The translations under genes were made by a program, and so were the position numbers. This document shows, one piece after another, positions 12,701 through 25,010 of a DNA stretch of 64,000 nt. Numbering within the stretch: the first letter of the stretch is position 1; each line of letters opens with the position of its first letter. Origin of the DNA: Lytechinus pictus (taxonomy: Eukaryota); assembly GCF_037042905.1 (NCBI RefSeq), contig NC_087251.1:47742001-47806000 (forward strand). Direction: 5' to 3'. The notes below the pieces were generated by a model. That model worked only from the letters and a program-made list of their open reading frames with translations. It was not told where the DNA came from and searched no databases.

Positions 12701-15700
12701 ACCTATGTTTAATCATCAGAATACCACCAATTGAATCAACGCATCATCTTATATCTCACCTTGTTTCCAGTTCATTGTAGAAAACGCCCTTTCCTTTCCG
12801 GAAGACGAAGAAGTAGTTCTCTTCGTAGCCTCTGCTCGCCTTGTTCTTTACATTCCAGTTGTACTCTCTCGTAAGCTTGTATTCATACCTGTTATCAATG
12901 CAGTTGGATTGGAGTCATGTACAGTGTTGTGATGACACAAGTATAATTCATCCTTATGATTTCTATCCGGGAATATAATGTTCAATTTACGTTTTATTTC
13001 AGCTCTCTTCACAATATAGATATTCAAATTCAATCCTTATATCAATTAAAATAAACTATGGAAGCGTGATTGCCATGATGTACCTCTCCAGATTATCTGG
13101 TGTTGTCTACAGTGAAAGGTGGTTGCCAATATCTGCAGACCTGCCAACCTCTGCGAATGAAAAATTGCATTCTGTGATATAACAACTGTATTTTTCCCTA
13201 AGAAAATGTATTTCAAAATAAAATGCGTGGCATGCGCACTCGTTGCGGCACTCTAGCTGCATGCAAGCTAAAATGCGCACTGCTCTTGCAGATGAAAAAA
13301 AATAACATTGAAACATGTGTATATCTCACCCTGGTTTTAACAAAATGATTGAAAAAAAAACAAGTTACCTGAAATTACATTGATCCAATAACCATATTTG
13401 TGTAAGTTTTATGAAATAGAAACATATAGAGATGATTGTTCTCAATAAATTAAAATAATTTTTTTTTTTTACAAAATCGTATTTTTTAAAGAACAAGTGG
13501 AATGCCTCTGGCCGTCTCACCTGCATCACGCGATTCAATATAGCAGCAGTGCTGATTTTGAAAACTACTATAACTCGCACAAGATGTTCAGTGATACTTG
13601 GTTACTCTTATTTGATTATTTCCACGTTTTATGAACTAGACCAATACACTTATAGAGATATGATGGCAATTCAACAAATACCCCCAACGTGGCCAAAGTT
13701 CTTTGACCTTACATGACCTTTGACCTTGATCATGTGACCTGAAACTCGCACAGGATGTTCAGTAATACTTGATTACTATTATGTCCAAGTTTTATGAACT
13801 AGACCAACACACTTTCAAATTTATGGCTGTAATTCAACAAATACCCCAATTTGGCCAAAGTTAATTGACCCTAAATGACCTTTGACCTTGATCATGTGAC
13901 CTGAAACTTGCACAGGATGTTCAGTAATACTTGATTACTATTATGTCCAAGTTTCATGAATCAGATCCATAAACTTTCAAAGTTATGATGGTAATTCAAC
14001 AGATACCCCCAATTCGGCCAAAGTTCATTGACCCTAAATGACCTTTGACCTTGGTCATGTGATGTGAAACTCAAGCAGGATGTTCAGTGATACTTGATTA
14101 ATCTTATGTATAAGTTTCATGAACTAGGTCCATATATTTTCTAAGTTATGATGAAATTTCAAAAACTTAACCTTAGGTTAAGATTTTGATGTTGATTCCC
14201 CCAACATGGTCTAAGTTCATTGACCCTAAATGACCTTTGACCTTGGTCATGTGACATGAAACTCAGGCAGGATGTTCAGTAATACTTGATTAACCTTATG
14301 GCCAAGTTTCATGAACTAGGTCCATATACTTTCTAAGTTATGCTGTCATTTCAAAAACTTAACCTCAGGTTAAGATTTGGTGTTGACGCCGTCGCCGCCG
14401 CCGTCGGAAAAGCGGCGCCTATAGTCTCACTCTGCTATGCAGGTGAGACAAAAACTGTACTGTCGTATGTTGATTGTAAAAACATACTAAATACGCCAAA
14501 AACGTACTGGTTAGCAGCTCTGTATATATTGCATGTTTTTTTTGCTGCAGCGGGCACAAGTAACCTCCTTGCAGGTGATCAACTCATCTGTTAGTGTTGG
14601 AGGAATCTCTCTACATACATGTGCAGAGAGAGTTTGAAAGTGCCCTATATGGTGACAAAGAGTTCATGATATGGCAACCACCTTGCGAGCAATTTTGTAC
14701 AAAACAGCAATTTTTATTGAGTTGTGTGACATGGTAATTATGCTTCCAATTATCAATTATTTTTTGCAAAGAACTACGTGGAACATAAATTGTTTGATTT
14801 TTATTGTTTTGTTGAGTTCCTATTTCTGACATCCAGTCTGACGGATGTGTGAGTGTTCCAGATGAGGTGACTGGGTACACAGTAGGATTAATTCTTTAGA
14901 GTTAAATGCACAGTGCTGGAGAAGGCAGATGGGGCTAAAGCGAGATAATAATAGTATACCTCGGAATAAATTATTTCTAAATAGATGCTGACAGTGCTAT
15001 TGTTATGATTAATGAAATAAAATGAAATAAAAAAAGATCAACTTACTCTTCTCCTTCCACATAATCGATATCTTCCTCAAAGTCTCTCTTTCGCTTTCTA
15101 CACGTCTCCTCCGTCGGTAAGAAATATCCAACAAACTGCTCCTCACTCTCATCAACCATACCCCTGGAGGGAGAACAAAATATTTAAAATACATGAGTTT
15201 CAAAAGAAAAAGGATACTATATTTCTAGTGACTGCCATGCTGCAAACCAGACACCGCAAGACACTTGACACTGAACTTACCCCTACGTAGTGGTAGAGTT
15301 CAGTGTCTGTCACTCAATCGTGTGCATTGAGCTGTTCACAATGAGTACCATATACATGTAGGTGATGTTCACTGTCTGGTTTGCTCTAAACCAGTCAAAC
15401 TTGTGTATTTTCCCTAGTTTGACATATGTAATATTAATCTTTATATGGCACCTAGATAGATCCTTGTCATTTGATTGGTTGTTTGATATCGATCATTCAG
15501 CCCATTTTACAATAACGTCATCAACCGTGCAACTTTGGATCCATACGTTTTTGTCCATTGCAAACAAGCACCAAGACAGTAGGCACCCATCCATCACTCG
15601 TGTTTGCAGCGCGCATGTTGTATACTGTACGCGACAATTAACAGACCGAGCTCGCACTGCATGAGCATATTTTGTGTCAAAATTCATAAATATCATATGA

Positions 15701-18700
15701 AAAAGAATCTAATTTAGATGTCATATAAACCAAATAATGAATGTTCATTTCATTAGTGCAATGGACAGAATACTTCATGAGGTGAAAGATGAAATTATGA
15801 TCCATTCAAAAACTCGGCTATGCCTCATTGCATGGATCATTTCATATTTCACCTCATGAAGTATTCTGTCCATTGCACTCATAAACATTCATTATTTGTA
15901 TAATGGCTTTCGTAACGATCAACCATCTATTACCCACCTGATCATGGCCTGTGACATCTCCTCAATCTGTTGTTGTGTAGATTTATCCCTTATAGCTGGA
16001 TCGGAATCAAAGATGACTTGAGCACATGGATGAATCCAGGTCTAAGGACAAAATAATAATAATTTCAAAACACAAAAAGGATTTATTTTCATACAGCACC
16101 TAATACATTGGAACAACGTCGCGTAACATATATATCATTACCCCTGGTCGTCAGATCCTGGCTTGCCTGCACACAATATATCTGGGGAGCATTCCAACAA
16201 GAGTTTACATAATAATTTTCTAGGCATACTGCGTAGGCTTTCGTATGAGGATTAAAACTCAATTTTGTGCTTCCACGAGGTCTAACATGAACCAAAATCT
16301 CTTTGATTACATTCTACCCGACTGCCAATCTGCTTCACATGAACCATATTTGGCCTCCACATAGAACAAAGTACCTCTTTGCAAAGTTTGGTGAAATTTA
16401 CACGGACTTCATAATTTTTATCAGGTAAATACCCTATAAAAAATAAATAAAATATCGGAAGTGAACATATCCAATCTCTGTCTGGATAAAATGCAAATCT
16501 ATGACACTTTGAATCTTACCTCAAAGTCTGGGAAGACTGGCAGGATTTCAACTGGAGTAACACGAGATTTGCTGTAATGTGTTTCAATCTAGCAAAGATG
16601 GGTATAACAGGAAATGAAAATAAATTAAGAGCAGAAACGATGTCTTGAGTGGATCATCATTAAAATAGGCTTTCATTGGATTCATAGATGCACAAAAATG
16701 GCTGACAGGTATTTCCTTTACGTTACAACAATGATCTTCAAACTTAATGCACGGCATCCAAGGGAAAAAGAGATTTGGGGCGAATTTGCCAATGAAATAC
16801 CTAAATAATAATAATAATAATAATTGGATTTATATAGCGCTTTTTTCAGAGGATACAAAGCGCTGTTGATTGCATAAGACAAGTTAAGGTTTATGGTTAT
16901 ATAAGTGTGTTTTGAGATGTTTTTTGAAGAGGTCAAGAGAAGAGAGGTTTCGAAGAGATGGAGGGAGTTTGTTCCACAGACGGGGGGGGGGGGGGCAAGA
17001 GATTGAAAGGAGTTGAGACCGGCCTGTTTTCTGGATTTTGGAATCACATAGGAAGGAGCAGCTGCAGAACAAAGAGAGTATGTAGATCTTTGTTGATGAA
17101 ATAACGAAGAAATGTAAGAAGGTAGTGTGGTTGACAGAGATTTATAGGTTTGAACAAGTATTCGATAATGTATTCTATCAGAAACAGGTAGCCAATGTAG
17201 TTCATTTAGAAGAGGGGTAGCATGACACCATTTAGGTTTAGGTAAAGAGCCCCTAAAGAATGAAAAAATAAAAGTAAATGAAATTTCACAGAATCGAATG
17301 AAAAGTGAATTACAATGAAGCATATTTGAGCAGGTGAGCTAAAAAACCAGCCGAAAAATTGCTGTTTTATTTCCTTGATGCATAAATTCATTATAAAATA
17401 TATTTGTTATAAAGATTAGAACCTTATATTTTTAAAAGAGTGATGAATTTCTCATAAAAATTTGAACAAAACATATGAATTTCTTCCAACAGCTTGTCAT
17501 TTTTCAGTTGAAAAAAATAATGGTGACACATGTCAGCGCAACCAATCATTTTACACAAAGGTTTGGATGTTTTGATGAAGATGGCATATTGAAGTCTTTG
17601 AAGTACATGGAAGAATGAATTTTCACATTATTTCATGATTTTGACTCAGATTTTTTACGAATATGTGTCTACTTTTTGCAGATATAAAGATTAGGGTCAT
17701 TTCGTGTCTTCTTTGATTAAAATTGCTCAGATATGTCTAGGCGCAGACAAGGGGCACTGCGCAGACATAGTGCGCCAGCCGTACTTCACATTCCAGAATT
17801 AATTCTGTCTCAAAAGAAATCCAAACTCACAAAACTCAGAATACTTACCGGTTTCTTTGCATCTTCAAATGTTTTCTGGATTGCACTGATCTGGTTGCTG
17901 CGGTCCTGATTTAAGAAAAAAAAAAATTTTGATTTTAAAATCTGAATCTCAGGCTACTTACAAAGGTATTTGAGAGTTATTGCTAAATAGATAAATAGGA
18001 CAGTTTGAATTCTATAATGGGTGCTTAGAGTTTACAATATCAAATAGCATATATCTTTGAAATTCAGTCTGGTACTTCGTATGAAATGAAATAGAAGTTT
18101 GAACTCGTACAATGCATTAACACAACATTTGTGATACATATACATGAATATGTACATTCTAAAAAAATGCACTTTGTGTAATATAAAAAGAGCATTTTAT
18201 ATCGGTTCATATCATTTGTATGAAATAACAATGATCACCAATAAAAATTTACGTCTTTAATATTGGCAAATGTCTACTTAAACATGAATAGGAATAGAAG
18301 TGCACCTCTTGAAATATGTTAGAAATTTGTAAAGAATAATCCACATTACCTTGTAAAGATCTTCTTCATTGAATTGCTTCTTGAGATGGTAAGCGACTCT
18401 GTGAAGAGATAAGGAGAAAACCAACAGAGAGTATGAAATCAGTAACGTCTCATTATACAGAACAAAAACTGTAACACATAAGGTTAAAAAAATAGGTTTG
18501 CGGGAAAACATTTTTATATCAATCATTATTGTTGTTATTAGTTGTAATGATTAAGATCATTATCAAATATTATCATCATGATTGTCACCATTATCACCAC
18601 CACCATCACCACCACCGTCATCGTCGTCATCATCATCATCATCATGTTTATTTAAATCAATCAAATGAACACTGAACAATGAAGTTTAGAAGAAACCCAG

Positions 18701-21700
18701 GTCCATAACAAAAACAAATATGCACTTGGCAGGGTATAAGGAAAGCATATTATGAAAGTATACAACACATGTAAAAAAATATTATATGGAATAATCTGAC
18801 AAGTTCAGAAAATAACTTATTCTTTCTTTGAATGTTGTTGTTGTTGTTGTGAATGTTTGTTATTATTATCAGTATCACCACCACCACCAATGACAACAAT
18901 GACCGTGATTAACAATAAAAATATAAAGAACTAGACATTCAATCTGCAAGTAGGGGGTCTGTCATGATCCATCTTTCAAGCAATAATGATGTTATATGAA
19001 ACAAATTATTGAAAATGATATCTTTGATGATCTTAGTGTGGAAGAGCCGTGGGGTCGTGGTTCTGACTCTCGCCTTGTAAACAGAGGGTCGTGTGTTCGA
19101 ATCCCACCGCGGTCTAGTAGTCCGGGTTATAATTGAGCAAGGTGCCACACGGAAAAGGAGAAATTTTCATATAGTGCTTCTAGACCAGTTTTTTACGCTG
19201 AATATGAATATATGAGGTAACCAGGCTGTATCCTGAAAATTAACCCGTGAGGGCGCTTTTTTCAAAATGGCCGCCAAATTTTCAGAACATTTGAATTTTC
19301 GTAAATAGATTTTGACATAAACATTCCTTTGCCACAAAATTAGTGTCATATGAAAGACAAATATATTTCCTACAATTTGGTACCATTTATAGGGGGTAAG
19401 TAGGTCATTTGGCTGAGATTTTAAGTAGAAAACTGCATTTTTTGTCATTTTTTCCCAAAAATTGAAAATTTTGCAAATACATGATTTTACATAATTCTAA
19501 AAAAAATGAATCAATTACCTTGAAATGTTCCAGAAAACTTTATTGATATACTATTATCATGTGGATGAAATTCCAATTCTGTATCATTCTTCTTAGCAAA
19601 TTTATAAGGTATCAAACTTGAATACTTCAATTTCGGAAATGTCGCTTTTTGTATGCATTTCCATAGACTAATACGTATAACATGTATAATGTGTATAATG
19701 TATAGTTAAAAATTAAATGCAATTATCTCCGCTCGTTAATCACTTGGATAGTTAAGAGTAGGATTTTCTCTATCAGCTAAATAAAAAAAATGTTGGCACA
19801 TCAAGGCCTCACACTCTCATGGGGTGGGGGTGTTGAGTGGCTATATCATGTTGTTGTATATTGCCTATTTATTGGAAAATCACAATTTTTTGAAGCACCC
19901 ATTGAGGCAAAAGACATTTCTGCTATACAGTACAGCCACTTTAATTACTTTGAAACCACTTGGTGAGGAAAAGAGTAAGCTTTGTTCTACCAGCTACATC
20001 AAAATAAATGGCACGTACATCGAATCCAACCCCTCTCAGGGGGGAGGCGCTGGGGAAGTCACCCCTCCCCCTTTTGCTTATTGCCAATTTATTCGGAAAT
20101 TCAGCATTTTGGACCCAACATTGAGGCAAAAAAGCGTTTGTGCCTTATAGTATTTTATTGCTTTGAGAAAGTAGAGTTCGTTCTACCAGCTACATAAATA
20201 AGCGCTAGCACATCGAACCCTAGCCCTCTCAGGGGATGTCTAGGTCACCCCCTCCTCTATATCATGTATATTGCATATTGATTGAAAATTTCACCATTAT
20301 GGATCACCCATTGAGGCATAAGGGCGTTTCTATATCATACATCCAATTTTATTTTCTTGCAATTACTTGGAGAGAAAAACTAAAAGCTACATATTATTAA
20401 GAAGCGCTGGCACATTGAAACCTATCCCTCTCAGGGGCTGTCTAAGTCAACCCCTCCCCCTCTATATCATGTATATTGCTTATTTATTGGAAATTACACC
20501 ATTTTGAATCGCCCATTGAGGCAAAAGTGCGTTTCTACTATATAGTACAGCCAATTTCATTTTCTTGCAATGACTTGGAGAGGGAAGAGTAGGCTTTGCT
20601 CTATCAGCTACATATAAACAAGTGCTTGCAAAGAAAAGCCTACCCCCTCCGGGAAGCTGTTAAAATCACCCCATCCCTTTTGCATTATAGCACATTTATT
20701 AAAAAATTCACCATTTTGAAGCCCCCATTTAAGCAAAAAGGCGTTTCTGATATATAGTTCTGCCACTTTTTCTGCCTTGAAACCACTGAGGGAGGAAAGA
20801 ATAGGTTTTGCTTTATCAGCCACATATAAAGAAGTGCAGGCAAATAAAAACCTACCCCCTACGGGAGGCTGTTGAAATCACCCCATCCCTTTTGCATTAT
20901 TGCCTATTTATTGGAAAATTAACCATTTTGGAGCCCCCATTTAGGCAAAAAGGCATTCCCAATATATACATATAGTTCTGCCACTATTACTGCCTTGAAA
21001 CCACTGAGGGAGGAAAGAATATGTTATGTAACACGCATTGAGCCATTCTGGGAAAAGCGCTTTATAAAAATTGGCTATTATTATTATTAGTCATAATTAT
21101 CACAAGAATAAATGATGACGGTGATGATGATGACGATGACCTATACTCAAGAATCATTGATTAAGCTAATCAAATTAAATCAATCATCGGTAAAAAAAAA
21201 CATAAAATGTACTCACTTTGTTTCAACTTTGTCCTTGCTATGCTGAGATCTGTTGTATTCACTGGAGATATATTCTGTCTTTCTAAGCCATGAAACGCTC
21301 TTGGAATGTTGCCGGGATCTGCACGCAAAGAGAGTTTTTGAAGAAGATTAAGGAGAAAAATCAATCAAATTAACAAACTGAGCGATACTACCTCCATGAG
21401 TAATTGGCATAATACAAATTTTAACGACTATGACTTGGCCGGCAAATTTACATAGATTTTATGACAATTTGATATCACCGACAGGTACATATCAGCATAT
21501 ATTTTTGTACATACCATACAATTCTCACCAATTTTCTATGTATTCTATTCTCCATATCAAGAGGGAAGAATGAGAAAAACAGAGCATCCAATTCCATTCA
21601 CTTCTTATAATTGTAAATTGGAAAAACTGACATCCCCCCCCCCCCCCCCCCGAAATGAAATAAATAACATCTTGTAAGCTAAATGAACATTTATCATATT

Positions 21701-24700
21701 TCATGAAGCTTTCAAAGCTCAAAAGCTTGAGCAAGGTGAGGTAAGATGCATTCTGCCAGCGGGTCATTAGTAACTGGAACTCACTCCCTGAAGATTGTAG
21801 CTACAGATAAAATGGTGAATAGATGCAAGATACGATTGTACAAGGTGTCAGCAGACCAGCGGTTCTGCTCACCACTTGAGTATTAAACCCCTCTTATTAT
21901 TTTAACAGAGCTGAGCCAAAATGACACGGTGCAGCTACCAGTCAATTAGAAGGATAACAGTGGCACATAACTGGAAGCCTGATTTCTGGGATCCACAGCA
22001 CTCCCGGAAATTTGGGTAAAGGTAGAGGGAAACAAGTGAGTGATGCCAAATGTATACATGAATGAATGTAACTTACCTCTTAGAATCTCCTGGGGTTGCA
22101 ATCTCTTCTTCAAGGAGCTTCTCATCTGCTATGTCCAATTCAACATGTTCATCTATCAAGAGAGAAAACAAAATCAGGGGGGCGTTTCATGAAAGGACCT
22201 GTCGGACGTTTTATCCGACAAGTCCCATTTTATCCGACAGTTACCATAGGAACAGTGCCTCTCAGCCAATCAAAATCATGGAAAGATGTCAGATCTGACA
22301 ACTTGTCGGATGAAAATATTGATGAAACGCTCCCCCGGATTGGTAAATGTATACACTGCCAATACCATTTCCTCACTACAGTCGCCACCCTTACGGGTGC
22401 TAGCTAGTCTACAAGCATAGACCTTAGGTTTTCATGCAGTGCATAACACAGAGTCTGAAGTAGTGAGACGAAAATTTCACAATACAGAAACTGCTGAATT
22501 TAAATGAAAGAAAATGGTGAATCATGTGAGCTATACACATAATTCACTCTATAAAATTTACAATGGTTTAAAATGGTTTTTAATTTCACAGTTTGAAAAG
22601 TGAGCCTAAAACAGGTGTTTACCTGGTATTCTGTATGTGTCTGGGTTGATGAGATCGATGGTCACTCCCAGGTCATGTTCGGCCAGAAGCTCGTGCTTGT
22701 AATTTCTCTCTAACGACGTGGCATTGTACTGGACGAAGCGATTGGCCTCAAACGGGTAGGTGATGAACTTGGGATCAAACGGGATGTCGGGAAGGGAGTT
22801 GGCATACTTCACTCGACAGACAATGTCAGACCTTGATGGAAAAGAAAAACAGGACAATCTACTTACTGGCTCGATCTCCATACAAGGGCTCTGTATCATA
22901 TGCAATAATCAATGCCATCAATCATACAAATCAACCCCATGATGGAAAGCTAAGCTTCATATTACGACGTCCTGTATTCAACAAATTACATGTACAATGC
23001 TGATAATACAGTATTAAAAATGGCCATGTTTTTACATGATATGGTCATATAAAATAAAGGTCATTTAACTAAATCTAGAAACAAATTACTTAAGCCGATT
23101 GTCTTTAAGGACTGATTTACTTTTACAGCAAACATGCTGCTCCAATTAGATTTGTATTCTGAGAGACCTTTATAGAAATGGGATTTTTAAGACAATTCAT
23201 CTCGATAGCAATTTTCCATGTATTTCATACAAATTGCCTTTTCAAAAAGTTTGGATATCAAAGACAATAAGCTTTTTATATTAAGTATTCTATGAGCATG
23301 ATGTAGACTCCTTGGCATTAAATATGTATGTAAATTCCACATGAATTTCACCTTTGAAATAATTCTTATATTTCCACACTAATTGTAATTAGAAAATTTT
23401 TGAAATATATCCTTGACATAAAAAAAGAGACAATCCATTTACCTGGCTGGGCCTGTAGAACGGGATCTGTCAAGAAAAATACGAGAGAAAATAAAATAGT
23501 AGATTCCCAAAGAAGTGGGAAAACATGAACAAATGAAATAATAAATAGAAATTTCAAACTACAAAAAAATTCAAACTGTAGCATTAACCTGGAGAAGCAA
23601 ACAATGATGACCTCAACAGAAAAGTAAATAATATAAAAGAGAATTTGTTGAGTGCATTTCATTTTGTAACAAAATTGTGAAAGTTTGAACAGGATAGTGA
23701 AAGAAACATTAATACAATACTGCTCATCATGCCATTGTCAACGGCGTCCGCTATCACCACGAGGTTGAAGAGAAGATATCTATCCTCGTAAAGATCGTCA
23801 GACATAATACCGCGTCTTTCTCCCTGATTAAATAATGCGACCTCTAAATACATGTAGCTAGCACCTCAAAAAAAATCTTGAAATATGTTCTGAACGTTCA
23901 CGCAGTGTAACTAGATCTATGCCGATTTTTTATATCCGATTTTTTCCTTCAAGGGGCATGATCGAAGATCGGAAGGTGATCGCCGATTATGGTAAAAATC
24001 GGATAAAATGAGGAGCCGATTTTAAAATCGGTTACAGCCTTACCTCTTTCTTTCTTTTCTATCCTTCTTTCTTCATCCTTCATTCCTTCTTGCTTGCCTT
24101 GTTTTTTCCATGTATCTTTATTTCCTATCTTTCTTTCCTGATCCTTTCTCTCTCTCTCTCTGTTCATTTTTCTTTCTCTCCTTCTTTCTTTTTTAATTTT
24201 TTTTTATTTACTTCATTCTTTCTTTCCTTAAACTTTTCTTTGCTTCCTTCTCCCTTTATCTCCTTTTTATTTTTGTTCTTTCTCTAGTTCCATTACTTTC
24301 TTTTTTTCATTCTCTCCTCCCTCTCTTACATCCTTTCTTTCATTCTTTATTTTATTTTTTCCTTCTTATTCTTTCTTTCCCCCTTCCTTCTTTCCTTCCT
24401 TCCTTCCTCCTTTCCTGTTTTTCTTCTTTCTTTGTTTCTTTTTTCGTTTTCTGAAGGAAACATTTTTCTTTCCTTCATTCTTTCTTTCTTTCCCTTCCTC
24501 CTTTTTTTCTTACTCTTTTTCCTTTCTCTTCTGTATTTTTTTCTTTCACAAATTTGTTCATCTTCCCTTTCTTTCAGTTTTTCTTTCTTTCTTTTTTCAT
24601 TTCAAAGAATGACGGAAACCCTTTTTCTCTATTTTATTCTTTATTTCATCCTTCTTTTATTCTAACTTTCTTTTTTATTTTCATTTCTTTTTTCCTACAT

Positions 24701-25007
24701 TTTCCCCTTCATTTTTTCTTTCTTTCTTCTCTCAATTCATCTCTTTTCTTAATTCCTCTTTTCTTTCTCTCCTTCATTCTTTTGTTCGTCCTCCCTTCCA
24801 ATTCTTTATTTTTTTACAAGTCTAACTTCTTTGTTGATCTTTTTTATTAAGACCAGGCTCGGTCGATCTGCTCGTGCAGCGTGCTATGTCGATTGTCCCG
24901 GATTTCACTTTGTGAAATTTGGTCACCCTGATCGAGGCACAAACTGGACCCTCAAAAAAGGAAAAGTTAGACCTCTGTCGCGTTTGTTCTCGGTAACGAT
25001 CGGCCAT
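6420..25007 (-). CDS. PAF1: RNA polymerase II-associated factor 1 (PAF1), 14 coding exons, 1617 nt, ~538 aa
   Basis: Exons 24973-25007, 23443-23466, 22623-22831, 22077-22152, 21217-21318, 18350-18398, 17849-17905, 16520-16588, 15938-16041, 15047-15163, 12760-12888, 10024-10123, 7478-7664, 6420-6778. All introns are GT-AG and all phases are compatible. Contains PAF1 motifs [57 protein letters not shown] and an acidic tail ending SDSD. Confidence 0.95.
7478..7664 (-). CDS. PAF1: PAF1 exon 13 (acidic)
   Basis: [23 protein letters not shown]...QQDS; tccag| ... |gtaagc. Confidence 0.9.
8361..8503 (-). mobile_element. Headless SINE fragment
   Basis: Matches the core at 3580-3722. Confidence 0.75.
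8918..9750 (-). mobile_element. Helentron-type non-autonomous element (HINE/pearl-like), copy 1
   Basis: Subterminal IRs gtctcacctgca/tgcaggtgagac, terminal hairpin, (GCC)n, internal ~162-bp tandem units, A-run flanks. Confidence 0.8.
10024..10123 (-). CDS. PAF1: PAF1 exon 12
   Basis: [33 protein letters not shown]; tacag| ... |gtcagt. Confidence 0.93.
10275..10700. repeat. Imperfect (GAT)n microsatellite
   Basis: Visible trinucleotide periodicity with higher-order repetition. Confidence 0.95.
10862..11330. mobile_element. MITE (TIR cagaactgccaag/cttggcagctctg); second copy at 13135-14522 is interrupted
   Basis: TIRs present; 10980-11290 is nearly identical to 13205-13490 plus 14451-14520. 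Confidence 0.8.
11962..12696. mobile_element. piggyBac-like MITE
   Basis: TTAA|ccctaaatagactggg ... cccagtctttttaggg|TTAA. A related inverted copy is at 41741-42527. Confidence 0.85.
12760..12888 (-). CDS. PAF1: PAF1 exon 11
   Basis: [42 protein letters not shown]; acag| ... |gtgaga. Confidence 0.95.
13492..14450 (-). mobile_element. Helentron-type non-autonomous element, copy 2
   Basis: Same ends. TGACCTTTGACCT at 13714, 13876, 14039 and 14231. Confidence 0.8.
15047..15163 (-). CDS. PAF1: PAF1 exon 10
   Basis: [38 protein letters not shown]; ccag| ... |gtaagt. Confidence 0.93.
15733..15897. repeat. Long inverted repeat (~70-bp arms), probably the terminal hairpin of a transposon
   Basis: agtgcaatggacagaatacttcatgaggtgaaa pairs perfectly with tttcacctcatgaagtattctgtccattgcact. 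Confidence 0.85.
15938..16041 (-). CDS. PAF1: PAF1 exon 9
   Basis: [34 protein letters not shown]; ttag| ... |gtgggt. Confidence 0.93.
16520..16588 (-). CDS. PAF1: PAF1 exon 8
   Basis: [23 protein letters not shown]; ctag| ... |gtaaga. Confidence 0.93.
16804..17235 (-). mobile_element. L2/CR1-group LINE 3' fragment
   Basis: [23 protein letters not shown] and [10 protein letters not shown]...FKKHLKTHL (frameshifted), then an (ATT)n tail. Confidence 0.88.
17849..17905 (-). CDS. PAF1: PAF1 exon 7
   Basis: [19 protein letters not shown]; atcag| ... |gtaagt. Confidence 0.93.
18350..18398 (-). CDS. PAF1: PAF1 exon 6
   Basis: [16 protein letters not shown]; cacag| ... |gtaatg. Confidence 0.92.
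19044..19116 (+). mobile_element. tRNA-like SINE head fragment
   Basis: gtggttctgactctcgcctt...gtcgtgtgttcgaatc is nearly identical to the head of the SINE at 1401-1672. Confidence 0.7.
19820..21020. repeat. Diverged tandem array, ~6 units of ~190-220 bp
   Basis: Recurring cccattgaggcaaaa / gaaaccact / atcagctaca / acccctc motifs near 19899, 20117, 20307, 20512, 20724 and 20936. Confidence 0.8.
21217..21318 (-). CDS. PAF1: PAF1 exon 5
   Basis: [33 protein letters not shown]; tgcag| ... |gtgagt. Confidence 0.93.
22077..22152 (-). CDS. PAF1: PAF1 exon 4
   Basis: [24 protein letters not shown]; gatag| ... |gtaagt. Confidence 0.93.
22178..22335. mobile_element. Harbinger-like MITE
   Basis: TIR ggggggcgtttcat/atgaaacgctcccc. 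Related sequence at ~59130-59275. Confidence 0.65.
22623..22831 (-). CDS. PAF1: PAF1 exon 3
   Basis: [35 protein letters not shown]...[15 protein letters not shown] boundaries. Confidence 0.95.
23443..23466 (-). CDS. PAF1: PAF1 24-nt micro-exon 2 (SRSTGPA/R)
   Basis: tttcttgacag| ... |gtaaat, phase 2-2, in frame with exon 3. Confidence 0.8.
23743..24037 (-). repeat. Repeat fragment, inverted relative to 26732-27980
   Basis: Reverse complement of 26732-26813 joined to 27786-27978. Confidence 0.85.
24040..24830. repeat. CT-rich low-complexity tract
   Basis: Almost purely pyrimidine on the + strand. Confidence 0.95.
24973..25007 (-). CDS. PAF1: PAF1 candidate coding exon 1 ([12 protein letters not shown])
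   Basis: AAAATGGC start context and a phase-2 end that fits exon 2. The donor AG|GTCTAA is weak and the exon lies inside a palindrome. An alternative candidate exists at 25521-25567. Confidence 0.55.
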
Positions 25008-25010
25008 TTT
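25001..25010 (-). promoter_or_regulatory. YY1-type motif AAAATGGCCG overlapping the candidate PAF1 ATG
   Basis: Consensus match only, within a locally CpG-rich region. Confidence 0.35.

Noticed and set aside
19044..19116. Possible tRNA gene
   Set aside because: No proper acceptor stem or terminator; it matches the SINE head seen at 1600-1672.
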